This document shows positions 24,387 to 33,708 of a stretch of DNA of 64,000 nt, in pieces. Made by a program: the position numbers and the translations under genes. Source of the stretch: Thermoleophilia bacterium (GTDB lineage: Bacteria; Actinomycetota; Thermoleophilia; UBA2241); the NCBI GenBank assembly GCA_040772045.1, contig JAXGYV010000002.1:73988-137987 (forward strand), in the 5' to 3' direction. The notes under the pieces are model-generated. The model saw only the letters and a program-made list of their open reading frames with translations. It was not told the origin of the DNA and did no database searches. Position 1 is the stretch's first letter, and each line of letters opens with the position of its first letter.

Positions 24387-26117
24387 TTACCTACGCTTCT
24401 TGCGCTTCTTGGTGGAGCCGCGCCGCGCGGCGGAGGCGCGCTGCTGCTGCGGACGCCGCGGCGGCGTCTCGGCCGCGGCTTTGGTCCGTCCGGCCGCGGC
24501 CTCCTCGGCAGCGCCCTTCCCGTCGCCGGCGATTGCGGTGTCGGCGGCGGGACGCGCGTTCCGCGCGGCGGGACGCCGGCCGCGCCGTGAAGCGGCGGCG
24601 CTTCCCTGTTCCTCCTCACCTAGCGCCTCGAGGACTCCGTCGCCAAGACGCACGCCCATGAGCCCTCCTCGATTGAAGAACGCGAAGCGGCTCAGGATGC
24701 CGAGCATGGCACGCGTGGCGAGGATGGCCGTGAACATGCTGACCACCACGCCGATCATGAGGGTGAGGGCGAAGCCCTTGGGCTGCGACGTAGCGAAGTA
24801 GAACAGGACCAGCGCCGTGAGCAGGATGAGGATGTTGGCGTCCAGGATGGTTCGAAAGCCGCGACTGTACCCCGAGCTGACGGCCGAGCGCACGCTCTTG
24901 CCGTAGCGCACCTCTTCCTTGATGCGCTCGAACACCACGATGTTGGCGTCGACCGCCACGCCGATGGTGAGGATCATGCCGGCGATGCCGGGGAGCGTCA
25001 GCGTAACCGGCACCGCATTGAAGACCCCCCAGAGCAGGATGCCGTAGATGACGAGGGCGAGGTCGGCGATGAGGCCGAGGAAGCGGTACACGGCGACCAT
25101 GAAGATGAGCACGAGGCCCAAGCCGACCATGCCGGCGATGAGGGCCTGGCGCAGTGAGTCTTTGCCCAGCGTCGCCGATACCTGCTGCTTCTGGATCGGC
25201 TCCAGGGTCACCGGGAGGGCACCCGTATTCAGTACCAGCGCCAGGTTCTTGGCCTCCTGGAGCGTGAACGTACCGGTGATCTCCGCTTTGCCCCCCGAGA
25301 TACCCTGCGGGTTCTCGGCGTAGTCGACGATGGGATCGGATTCCATGACGTTGTCGAGGACGATGGCGAAGGACTGGCTCTGCTGCTGCAGCGCGCCGCG
25401 AATGGCCAGAGCACGCGTGACTTCCTCGAATTTCTTGCCACCTTGACCAGTGAAATCGATGAGCACGTTGGGGCGCCCTTGCTGGTCGAAGCCTTGCCGT
25501 GCGCTGTCGATGGCGTCGCCCACCATGGCCGGCTCGTGCTTGTACAGAAAATACAGCGTCTCGGTGTTACTGCCGAAGACGCCCGGCGGCGCCTCCACAA
25601 TGCGGTAGGCGGCGACGTACTCATCCTTCTTGAGGAGCTCCAGGTCTTCCTTGGAGAGATCGCCCGCCGCGACATCGAGCAGCTTCTGCTTGCTCGCCTC
25701 TGGCCCGGCGATACGCGTTTGGGAGTCGTCGTAGAACTCGAGCTGCGCGGTCTTGCCGATGGTCTGCAGCGCGTCTTCCGCATCCTTTACACCGGGCAGG
25801 GCGACGGCGATTTGGTCGGTGCCCTGCCGCTGCACCTGCGACTCCGTAACGCCCAGGCCGTTAACGCGCCGGTCCATGATGCCGATGGCCTTCTGCATTT
25901 GATCCGAGGAGGGCATCTTGCCGGCGCTAGTCTTGGCCTGGAACACCACCTCCAGACCGCCCTGCAGATCGAGCCCCAGGCGCGTCTTTTCGCCCGGGGG
26001 ATAGATCAGGTAGATGGCCACGCCGACGAGGGCGAGCACCACGGCGAGGACGAGCACGTGTATGTTCTGCTGCTTCATGGATACAAAGCCTGGCCCTGCG
26101 TCGCGTTTGGCTTCCAC
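24387..26117 (-). CDS. secD: Protein translocase subunit SecD, with a basic low-complexity C-terminal tail of about 75 aa
   Basis: A large periplasmic domain carries LGLDLQGG. The 6-TM core contains GIAGMILTIGVAVDANIV. Alternative starts are GTG 26117 and ATG 26078. Confidence 0.93.
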   Translation of the reverse strand: MEAKRDAGPGFVSMKQQNIHVLVLAVVLALVGVAIYLIYPPGEKTRLGLDLQGGLEVVFQAKTSAGKMPSSDQMQKAIGIMDRRVNGLGVTESQVQRQGTDQIAVALPGVKDAEDALQTIGKTAQLEFYDDSQTRIAGPEASKQKLLDVAAGDLSKEDLELLKKDEYVAAYRIVEAPPGVFGSNTETLYFLYKHEPAMVGDAIDSARQGFDQQGRPNVLIDFTGQGGKKFEEVTRALAIRGALQQQSQSFAIVLDNVMESDPIVDYAENPQGISGGKAEITGTFTLQEAKNLALVLNTGALPVTLEPIQKQQVSATLGKDSLRQALIAGMVGLGLVLIFMVAVYRFLGLIADLALVIYGILLWGVFNAVPVTLTLPGIAGMILTIGVAVDANIVVFERIKEEVRYGKSVRSAVSSGYSRGFRTILDANILILLTALVLFYFATSQPKGFALTLMIGVVVSMFTAILATRAMLGILSRFAFFNRGGLMGVRLGDGVLEALGEEEQGSAAASRRGRRPAARNARPAADTAIAGDGKGAAEEAAAGRTKAAAETPPRRPQQQRASAARRGSTKKRKKRR

Positions 26118-26152
26118 ACCGGGCCGCCGTCCGGCGAGCCCGCAGTCGGCAG

Positions 26153-26182
26153 AGCATACGGGACGGGAGGCGAGGCGTGCAA
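26153..26182 (-). promoter_or_regulatory. Promoter candidate for secDF (TTGCAC - 18 nt - TATGCT)
   Basis: The minus-strand hexamers lie in the 100-nt spacer between the ftsZ stop and the secD start. Confidence 0.35.
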
Positions 26183-26217
26183 TCCGCGCTGAGCCGAACC
26201 CCAGCGGCGGGCCTGGC

Positions 26218-27312
26218 TCACCTGTCTTTCAGGAAACTCGGGATGTCGAGAACATCCTCGCTCACTTCGAACGAGGGTTTCTCTTGCGCGCCGAAGAGCG
26301 GCGCCTCGTCGGCCGGCGCGGGCTGCTCGGCACGCTCGGCTGGCGCCGGCATTTGGGCCGCCGCCTCGGCGTCGAAGCCGGTGGCGATCACCGTCACCCG
26401 GACTTCGTCGCCCAGAGCGCTGTCGATGACGGCGCCGAAGATGATGTTGCACTCCGCGTCCGCGGCGCTGGAGATGATCTCGGCCGCCTCGTTAATCTCG
26501 AACAAGCCCAGGTCGCTCCCGCCGGTGATGTTGAGCAAGATACCATGGGCGCCCTCGATGCCGGCCTCCAGCAGTGGCGAGCTGATGGCCGCCCGCGCGG
26601 CCTCCACCGCGCGGCTCTCGCCGCTGGCCACGCCGATGCCCATGAGGGCGGAGCCCGCCTCTTTCATGATGGTGCGCACATCGGCGAAGTCGAGGTTGAT
26701 GAGCCCCGGAACCGTGATGAGGTCGGTGATCCCCTGTACACCCTGGCGCAGCACGTCGTCGGCTACCTTGAACGCATCGATGATGGACGTGCGGCGCTCG
26801 ACAACCTGCAGCAAGCGATCGTTGGGGATGATGATGAGCGTATCGACCTTGTCGCCGAGCGCGCGGATGCCCGCCTCGGCCTGGCTGGCGCGCCGCTTCC
26901 CCTCGAAGGCGAAGGGCCGCGTGACCACACCGACCGTGAGGGCACCCAGCTCACGCGCTAACTCCGCGATGACCGGAGCGGCGCCGGTACCCGTTCCGCC
27001 ACCCTTGCCGGCAGTGACGAAGACCATGTCGGCACCCTTGAGGGCGTCGCGCAGCTCGTCTTTGCTCTCCACCGCGGCCTGGTAACCGATCGTTGGGTTG
27101 GCGCCAGCCCCCAAACCGCGGGTGATCTTGCTGCCGATGTGGATCTTGACGTCCGCATCGCACATCTGCAGCGCCTGCGCATCGGTGTTGACGGCGATGA
27201 ACTCGACCCCGCGCAAGCCGGCATCGACCATGCGGTTCACGGCGTTGGTGCCGCCACCGCCCACGCCGACCACCTTGATCACGGCCAGGTAGTTCGTCGA
27301 GGCGTCCATCAT
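26218..27312 (-). CDS. ftsZ: Cell division GTPase FtsZ
   Basis: Contains [17 protein letters not shown] and the tubulin signature [11 protein letters not shown]. The C-terminal peptide is DIPSFLK. A GGAGGG Shine-Dalgarno sequence is present. Confidence 0.98.
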   Translation of the reverse strand: MMDASTNYLAVIKVVGVGGGGTNAVNRMVDAGLRGVEFIAVNTDAQALQMCDADVKIHIGSKITRGLGAGANPTIGYQAAVESKDELRDALKGADMVFVTAGKGGGTGTGAAPVIAELARELGALTVGVVTRPFAFEGKRRASQAEAGIRALGDKVDTLIIIPNDRLLQVVERRTSIIDAFKVADDVLRQGVQGITDLITVPGLINLDFADVRTIMKEAGSALMGIGVASGESRAVEAARAAISSPLLEAGIEGAHGILLNITGGSDLGLFEINEAAEIISSAADAECNIIFGAVIDSALGDEVRVTVIATGFDAEAAAQMPAPAERAEQPAPADEAPLFGAQEKPSFEVSEDVLDIPSFLKDR

Positions 27313-27481
27313 TATGACAACCCTCCTGTCAGGGTCGAGGCTCGTCGCCGGATGCTCCGCTGCTGCGGCGGCTCAGGATCTCGGCACTATCGTCCACCAG
27401 TTAGTGAACTTCTTTTTCGTCGTTGTGCGGCTGTTTTACTGCCGCGGAACCCTCAATCACTGCTTGAGACCTCTCTACGCA

Positions 27482-27510
27482 AGCATAGAGCCCGCTCGAG
27501 TGGGTGTCAA
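27482..27510 (-). promoter_or_regulatory. Strong sigma-70-like promoter candidate for ftsZ (TTGACA - 17 nt - TATGCT)
   Basis: A perfect -35 element reads on the minus strand at 27510-27505 and the -10 at 27487-27482. This implies a leader of about 165 nt. Confidence 0.45.
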
Positions 27511-27539
27511 ACACCCGTACACCGCGCCCACATGGCGGC

Positions 27540-28331
27540 TTACACATCCGGCCGCGCCACGGGACGATCGGGCACCACCGCATCGATGTACGTGACCCGG
27601 ATGCGCCGCCGTTCGTAGAAGCTCAGGACCGCCTCCACCGCGGCACACTTGGCGGACAGCTCGTCCCTCGAGCCGAGCTCCACCACCGCCCCGGCGCGCG
27701 TGCGCAGCCGCAGGCCCTTCGCCGTGGAACGCACCAGTACAAGCTGCTGCCGCAGCCGCGGAGAGGCCGTGCGGAGCACCGCGAGCGCGTCGCGCACGGC
27801 CGTATCGGTGGTATCAGTGCGCGGCCGCAGGCTGCCGGCGGTGGCGGTGAACGGCAGCCGCAGAGCGGCCTTCGGAGGGCCGCCGCGCAGAGCGACAGCC
27901 ACCTTGCGACGTTCCCTGCCGATGGCGGCCAGTACCCTCCCCTCGTCCGAGACGAGGTACCAGCTGCCCGTGGAGAGAACGTACAAGGCCGGTGTGTGCT
28001 CCGTGAGGTGCACCACCAGGGTCGAGGGGAAGTCCCGATCCACCTCCACCGAGGCGAGGAAGACCAGTGGCTGCAGAACGCGTTCCACCTCCGCGCTGCG
28101 CACCGTGAACAGGTTGTGACTCAGGAACGCCTGCCGCAAGAGCTTCACGGAACGCTGCGCGGACACGCGTTCCGCGCCCTCGACGCGGATGTGACGAATC
28201 TGAAAAGCGGACGCGCGGCTTCCCCAGGCGTAGATGGAGCCGGGCACCGCTAGAAACGCCGCCGTGAGGGCGAGCGAGATCAGCAAGCGTGAACGCCGGA
28301 AGCCACGCCGGCCGGCTCTTCGTGCTCTCAT
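27540..28331 (-). CDS. ftsQ: Cell division protein FtsQ/DivIB (POTRA domain)
   Basis: 263 aa with an N-terminal TM helix, then a POTRA-like F.I..I.V.G......... segment. It occupies the position between murC and ftsZ. Confidence 0.8.
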   Translation of the reverse strand: MRARRAGRRGFRRSRLLISLALTAAFLAVPGSIYAWGSRASAFQIRHIRVEGAERVSAQRSVKLLRQAFLSHNLFTVRSAEVERVLQPLVFLASVEVDRDFPSTLVVHLTEHTPALYVLSTGSWYLVSDEGRVLAAIGRERRKVAVALRGGPPKAALRLPFTATAGSLRPRTDTTDTAVRDALAVLRTASPRLRQQLVLVRSTAKGLRLRTRAGAVVELGSRDELSAKCAAVEAVLSFYERRRIRVTYIDAVVPDRPVARPDV

Positions 28332-28410
28332 CGGTCGGCGTTCCCTCCCCTCGGCCGTGTCGAGTGGCGCAGCACCGGAGTCGAAGGCCAGAAGACCCGG
28401 TGTACAGAGG

Positions 28411-29844
28411 CTATTCGCCGTGCCGTGCGAGGTCTCCTTGGCGCTTCTTCAGCGCCGCCAGCAACTCCTCGCCGGCATGGAACACATCGCCGGCCCCAAG
28501 CGTGAGCACCATATCGCCTGGAGCGACCCGCCCCTGCAGGTACCGCACCACGTCGGCGAGGCGTGGCAGATACGCCACGGGTCCACTCGGACGTTCGGCA
28601 AGATAGGCGTCGACCACCAGCTTGCCTGTCACCCCAGGCTCCGGCTCCTCGCGAGAGGCGAAGATGTCGGTAACCACCGCTTCGTCGGCGAGTGTGAGCG
28701 CACGGCCGAACTCGCGCTGCAGGTACCGCGTACGCGAGTACAGATGCGGCTGAAACACGGCGATCACCCGATGGTGATCGCCGAGGCGAGCCGCGCGAAT
28801 CGTGGCGACCAACTCACTGGGATGGTGCGCGTAATCGTCCACCACGACCACGCCGCTATGCCGACCGACCTCCTGAAAGCGGCGGGCGGCGCCGCTGAAC
28901 CCACCAAGGCAGGGCGCGGCCTCGGCGAGCGGCACACCGGCACGCTCCAGCACGGCCAGCGCGCAGAGCGCGTTGAGCACGTTGTGTTCGCCCGGCACCC
29001 GCAGCTCGACCGATGTGACCGCCTCACCATCGCGCAGCACGGTGAAACGGCTGCCACCGGAATCCATCCGCTCCACGGCAGCCACATAGGAGGCGCCCCC
29101 CGCCGGGGAGCCAGCCGTGCCGGCGAGCGCGCACAGGACGGCCTTGGCGGGCGTCTCCGCCGCCAGATACTCTCCCCCGCTGCCGGCGACCAGCACGAGG
29201 AGGCCCGTCGGCGGCAGCAGCCGGGCGAAGCGCTGGAACACGTCCTTGACCCCCTGGAGGCAGCTGTAGTGCGCGTGGTGGTCGAGTTCCACATTGGTGA
29301 CCACGCCGATCTCGGGACGCAGGAACAGCAGGCTCCCATCGCTCTCGTCGGCCTCGGCGACCAGCCAGTCGCCGTCCCCGACCCCCGCGTTGGACCCAAT
29401 GTCGTTGACCTCGCCGCCGATGAGGAACGTCGGCGCCCTGCCGCACTCATGCAGAGCATGGGCGATCATCGACGAGGTCGTGGTCTTGCCGTGCGTGCCC
29501 GCCACGGCGATACCACGCCGCATCGCCATGACCCGCGCCAGCATCTCGGCGCGCTGCAGCACGGGCAGCCCGCGGCGACGCGCCTCCGCGAGCTCGGGGT
29601 TCGATTCTGGAATAGCGGAGGAGATGACCACCAGCGCCGCCGCGCCGAGGTTGTCCTCGGCGTGTCCGATGGTAACAGCGACGCCGTCGGCCTCGATCAG
29701 TCGCGTATACCGGCTCGACTTGAGATCCGACCCTGTCACCTTGACGCCGAGGCGCGCGAGCACCAGGGCGATGGCGCTCATGCCGGCCCCGCCGATCCCT
29801 ATGAAATGCACCGGCTGAGGGATGGTGTGCCGTCGTTCGCTCAC
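28411..29844 (-). CDS. murC: UDP-N-acetylmuramate--L-alanine ligase
   Basis: Contains HFIGIGGAGMSAIA and the Mur ligase motif GTHGKTTT. The GTG start at 29844 overlaps the murG stop in a GTGA junction. Confidence 0.93.
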   Translation of the reverse strand: MSERRHTIPQPVHFIGIGGAGMSAIALVLARLGVKVTGSDLKSSRYTRLIEADGVAVTIGHAEDNLGAAALVVISSAIPESNPELAEARRRGLPVLQRAEMLARVMAMRRGIAVAGTHGKTTTSSMIAHALHECGRAPTFLIGGEVNDIGSNAGVGDGDWLVAEADESDGSLLFLRPEIGVVTNVELDHHAHYSCLQGVKDVFQRFARLLPPTGLLVLVAGSGGEYLAAETPAKAVLCALAGTAGSPAGGASYVAAVERMDSGGSRFTVLRDGEAVTSVELRVPGEHNVLNALCALAVLERAGVPLAEAAPCLGGFSGAARRFQEVGRHSGVVVVDDYAHHPSELVATIRAARLGDHHRVIAVFQPHLYSRTRYLQREFGRALTLADEAVVTDIFASREEPEPGVTGKLVVDAYLAERPSGPVAYLPRLADVVRYLQGRVAPGDMVLTLGAGDVFHAGEELLAALKKRQGDLARHGE

Positions 29845-30938
29845 CCGCGCTCCTTCACAAGACGTTCGATCTCGTCGACCACCTGTACCGTGGCCTGTGG
29901 TCGGCCCAACTGCCTGCTCGCGGCGGCCATCGCCCGGAGCCGTGAGGGATCGGCGAGCAGTCCGTGGACGAGCCGGCCGAGGAGATCTGCGTTCAGCGCG
30001 GCGTCGTCCACCACTAGTGCCGCCCCGCCCTGTTCTGCCCACTGCGCGTTCTTCCGCTGGTGGTCGGCGGTGGCATACGGATACGGCACCAGGATGGCCG
30101 GGCGGCCGAGCGCGGCGATCTCGGCCAGAGAACCGCCCGAGCGGCCGACCACCAGGTCGGCCGCCGCCATGGCATCGGCCAGATGGTCAGTGTAGGCAAG
30201 CAGGCGGTAGCGCTCAACCGGCGCGCCACGGCGTTCGACCTCGGCCCGTACCTCTTGGTAGTTCCGTTCTCCACATACGTGGATGACCTGGAAGGCGAGA
30301 TCGCGAGTGGCGAAGGCGTCCAGACAGGCACGGTTGATGCTCTGCGCCCCTTGGCTGCCGCCGAACACCAGGACTACGGGCAACACGGGGATGAGCCCAA
30401 AGGAGGCCAGGCCGGCTTCGCGGCTGGCCTCGAGTTGGCGCCGCGAGAGCGGCCGTCCCGTGACCACGAACTTCTCCGATTCCAGGCCGGCGATGGGAAA
30501 GCTGAGGCAGAGGCGGCGCACGAACGGCTTGAGGAGGCGATTGGTGACGCCCAGATGGGCGTCGGCCTCGAGCGCCACGCCCGGAATGCCGCGCAGTGCG
30601 CCGAGCAACACCACGGGCCCGCTCAAATACCCGCCGGCGCCGACTACGCAGTGCGGCTGGCGGCGGCTGAGGATCCGCCAGGTACGCGGAGCCGCCGCCG
30701 CCAGAAGGAACAAGGTCCGCAGATTGGCGCGCGCCAGGAGCCGCCGCTCGAAGCCGCGCATCTCCAGCGCGTCCGCCTCCCAGGTACCCTGGAGGCGGGC
30801 GAACTGCGAGGGCGTCGTGACGAAGCTGACTCGCGCGCCGCGAGCAGCCAGCTCTTCAGCGACCGCCAGAGCGGGCGCCATGTGGCCGCCCGTGCCCCCG
30901 GCTGCTATGAGCACGTTTGCGCCGTTCAGGGGTGGCAA
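29841..30938 (-). CDS. murG: Undecaprenyldiphospho-muramoylpentapeptide beta-N-acetylglucosaminyltransferase
   Basis: Contains AAGGTGGHMAPALAV, FGGSQGA and a GT28 C-terminal domain. The start is uncertain, either TTG 30938 or GTG 30914. Both overlap the ftsW 3' end. Confidence 0.92.
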   Translation of the reverse strand: MPPLNGANVLIAAGGTGGHMAPALAVAEELAARGARVSFVTTPSQFARLQGTWEADALEMRGFERRLLARANLRTLFLLAAAAPRTWRILSRRQPHCVVGAGGYLSGPVVLLGALRGIPGVALEADAHLGVTNRLLKPFVRRLCLSFPIAGLESEKFVVTGRPLSRRQLEASREAGLASFGLIPVLPVVLVFGGSQGAQSINRACLDAFATRDLAFQVIHVCGERNYQEVRAEVERRGAPVERYRLLAYTDHLADAMAAADLVVGRSGGSLAEIAALGRPAILVPYPYATADHQRKNAQWAEQGGAALVVDDAALNADLLGRLVHGLLADPSRLRAMAAASRQLGRPQATVQVVDEIERLVKERG

Positions 30939-32289
30939 CGATGAAACTCCTCCGATTGGTTGCTATGTTCAGCAAGACACCCACGCTCGCCAGTACGGCC
31001 AACAAGCTCGTACCGCCGCAAGATACCAGCGGCAACGGAACGCCGAGGATTGGCAGCAGGCCAAGCGCCGCGGCGATGTTCAGGACCGCCTGCACCGCGA
31101 TACCCGTGGTGACCCCCACCGCGACCAGTCTCCCGAAGGGCTCGCGACACTCCAGGGCGATGCGCAGGCCCGCCCACGTGAACAGGACGTAGAGCCCGAT
31201 GAGGAGGCAGAGGCCGAACAGACCGAGCTCTTCGCCGATGATGCTGGCGATCATGTCCGTGGTCGCCTCCGGCAGGTATCCGGTCTTCTGTACCGACTCC
31301 CCCAGCCCCACCCCAAACAGGTGGCCCGAGGCCACCGAGATCAGCGACTGCGTCGCTTGAAAACCGCCGTCCGCGGCATCCGCCCACGGGTCGAGGAAGG
31401 CCAGGAATCGATTGAGGCGGTAGGGCTCGATGAGGACGAGCATCGCCGCCAGCACGGGCAAGAGGGCCGCGACGCTCAGGAGGTACCGCCAGCGCACGCC
31501 GGCGGCCACCAGAACCGCGCCGACGCCGACCACGAGGACCGCGGTGGTGCTGAGGTCCTTGCCGAGGAGGATGAGCAGGGCGAACGGCACGACCGCCATA
31601 CAGATGACGAACACGAAGCGGCCGAAACGATCCATTTCCTTCGGCCGCTTGGTGATGAGCGCCGCGGCGAGCACGATCGCTCCGAGCTTGGCGAACTCGC
31701 TCGGCTGCAGCGATGACCCACCGACGTCCAGCCAGCGCTGAGCGCCGTTCACCTCAACCCCGACTCCCGGGACGAGTACCACGGCGATCAGCGCGCAGAT
31801 CCCCCCCGCGAGCGGCCACGCCAGACGGCGCCACAGTACGTAGTCGATACGCGACAGCGCGCCCATGGCGGCCAGACCCACCACGGCGAACAGCACCTGC
31901 CGCTTCAGGTAGTAGAAGCTCGATCCGTAAGTGAAGTAAGCGTGCGCCGTGGACGCGCTGTAGGCCATCACGATGCCGAACATGAGCAGCAGGAGCGTGG
32001 CGATCAGGAAGAGCCGGCGGCTCACCAGCCCCGGAGGGGTGGCAAGAGCCCCCGCCGCCCTGCTGGGCGACGTGAGGTCGAACGCGACCTGCCCCTCCGC
32101 CACGGCGGTGCGCCGCGGCACGCGCGCGGGTCGTGGTGCGTGCTCGGCTCGTCGCGCCGCGATCGGCCGCCGTGGCGCGGTCGGCCGCCGTGGCGCACGC
32201 TCGGCCGCCGGCGACGCCCGCAACGCGACGTCGACCCAGTCGGGAAAGCTGAGCTGATCGTCGTTTCGCTTGGCCCTGCGCCCGCTCAC
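30856..32289 (-). CDS. ftsW: Peptidoglycan glycosyltransferase FtsW (SEDS family) with an Arg/Pro-rich N-terminal extension of about 90 aa
   Basis: The 10-TM SEDS core carries QPSEFAKL and PLPLVSCGGTS. The GTG start at 32289 lies 1 nt after the murD stop. Confidence 0.9.
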   Translation of the reverse strand: MSGRRAKRNDDQLSFPDWVDVALRASPAAERAPRRPTAPRRPIAARRAEHAPRPARVPRRTAVAEGQVAFDLTSPSRAAGALATPPGLVSRRLFLIATLLLLMFGIVMAYSASTAHAYFTYGSSFYYLKRQVLFAVVGLAAMGALSRIDYVLWRRLAWPLAGGICALIAVVLVPGVGVEVNGAQRWLDVGGSSLQPSEFAKLGAIVLAAALITKRPKEMDRFGRFVFVICMAVVPFALLILLGKDLSTTAVLVVGVGAVLVAAGVRWRYLLSVAALLPVLAAMLVLIEPYRLNRFLAFLDPWADAADGGFQATQSLISVASGHLFGVGLGESVQKTGYLPEATTDMIASIIGEELGLFGLCLLIGLYVLFTWAGLRIALECREPFGRLVAVGVTTGIAVQAVLNIAAALGLLPILGVPLPLVSCGGTSLLAVLASVGVLLNIATNRRSFIVATPERRKRAHSSRGHGRPHGARSGGR

Positions 32290-32290
32290 C

Positions 32291-33700
32291 TCAGTGGCCT
32301 CTCGCCTTTCGCAGCCGCTCTACGAGCTCGATGAAGTGTTCGCCCCGCTGCTCGAAGTTCCTATAGTGGTCGAAACTGGCGCAGGCCGGGCTGAGGAGCA
32401 CCACGTCCCCGGGACGAGCGACGGAGCTGGCGTGCGCGACCGCGCCAGAGAGGTCGTCCAGGCGCACCAGGCGCGGCGGGCGCGCCTCCGGCGCCCCGGC
32501 GCGGCGGGCGAAGGCGGCGGCGATCTCCGGGGCCGCCGCCCCGATCAGGATGACCTCCGCCACGCGCCCTTCGACGGCCGCGGCGAGGCCGTCGAAAGCG
32601 GCGGCCTTGCTCGACCCACCCAGGATGAGATGCACGGGAGTGGAGTAAGCGGTGAGGGCCTTCAGCGTAGCGTCCACGTTCGTGGCCTTAGAGTCGTTGA
32701 CGTACGTAACCCCCTCGACAGTGGCCACCACCTGCAGGCGGTGCGGCACGCCGCGGAAGGTCCGCAACGTGGCGGTCAAGGACGCGACCGGTACCTCCAT
32801 GGCGGCCGCGACCAGCGTCGCCGCCAGACAGTTCGAGAGGTTGTGCACTCCCTTGAGCGCCAGCTCGTCCACACCACACACGTGCTGGCGGCGACCTTCT
32901 CGCCCGACCTCCTCGGGGTCAACCCATACGGCGCCGGCTTCCACGCCCGCCGCCAGCGAGAGAGCCCCAGCCGGGCCGGTACCGAACCACGCCCGCCGGC
33001 CGCGGCCGGGCACGCGTGCTCCGCGGAGCAGCTCGTCGTCCGCGTTGAGCACCGCCACACAGGCTTCGTCCTGGTTCTCGAACAAGCGCAGTTTGGCGGC
33101 CGCATACCCGCTCATGGAGCCGTGGCGGTCGAGGTGGTCCTCGCTGACGTTGAGCAGCACGCCGACCGTAGCCCGGAACTGGTCGATGTGCTCCAACTGG
33201 AAGCTCGACAGCTCGACCACGACGAGACCCTCCGCCGGCGCCGTGTCGGGCACTCGCGCCAAGGCGAAACCAACGTTTCCGGCGACCGTCACCGTACGGC
33301 CCGCGTCGCGCATGATGGCCCCGATCAACTCGGTCGTCGTCGTCTTGCCGTTGGTCCCGGTAATACCGATGATCGGCCCGCGGAGAAAGCGGGCGGCGAG
33401 CTCGACCTCGCTCCACACCGGCACGTTCCGGGCCACCGCCGCCCGCACCAAGCGGTGCTCAGCGGGAACTCCGGGGCTTTTGACCAGCACGGAGGTGTCG
33501 GCGGGCAGCTCGGCCTGCCCCCCACAGCGCAGCTCGACGCCGTTCTCACGCAGGAGCTGCAGGTTGTCGAGGTGTTCCTCGGGCTCGTCGTCCATGGCGG
33601 CCACGGGAACGGCCAACCGACGGCGGGCTAGCAGGGCCGCCGCGCGACCACTCTCCCTGAGCCCGAGCACGGTGACATGATGGACGGTGCGCAACTCCAC
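32291..33700 (-). CDS. murD: UDP-N-acetylmuramoylalanine--D-glutamate ligase
   Basis: Contains GITGTNGKTTTT and the Mur ligase middle and C-terminal domains. The position in the dcw cluster supports the call. Confidence 0.93.
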   Translation of the reverse strand: MELRTVHHVTVLGLRESGRAAALLARRRLAVPVAAMDDEPEEHLDNLQLLRENGVELRCGGQAELPADTSVLVKSPGVPAEHRLVRAAVARNVPVWSEVELAARFLRGPIIGITGTNGKTTTTELIGAIMRDAGRTVTVAGNVGFALARVPDTAPAEGLVVVELSSFQLEHIDQFRATVGVLLNVSEDHLDRHGSMSGYAAAKLRLFENQDEACVAVLNADDELLRGARVPGRGRRAWFGTGPAGALSLAAGVEAGAVWVDPEEVGREGRRQHVCGVDELALKGVHNLSNCLAATLVAAAMEVPVASLTATLRTFRGVPHRLQVVATVEGVTYVNDSKATNVDATLKALTAYSTPVHLILGGSSKAAAFDGLAAAVEGRVAEVILIGAAAPEIAAAFARRAGAPEARPPRLVRLDDLSGAVAHASSVARPGDVVLLSPACASFDHYRNFEQRGEHFIELVERLRKARGH

Positions 33701-33708
33701 GGGGGACC

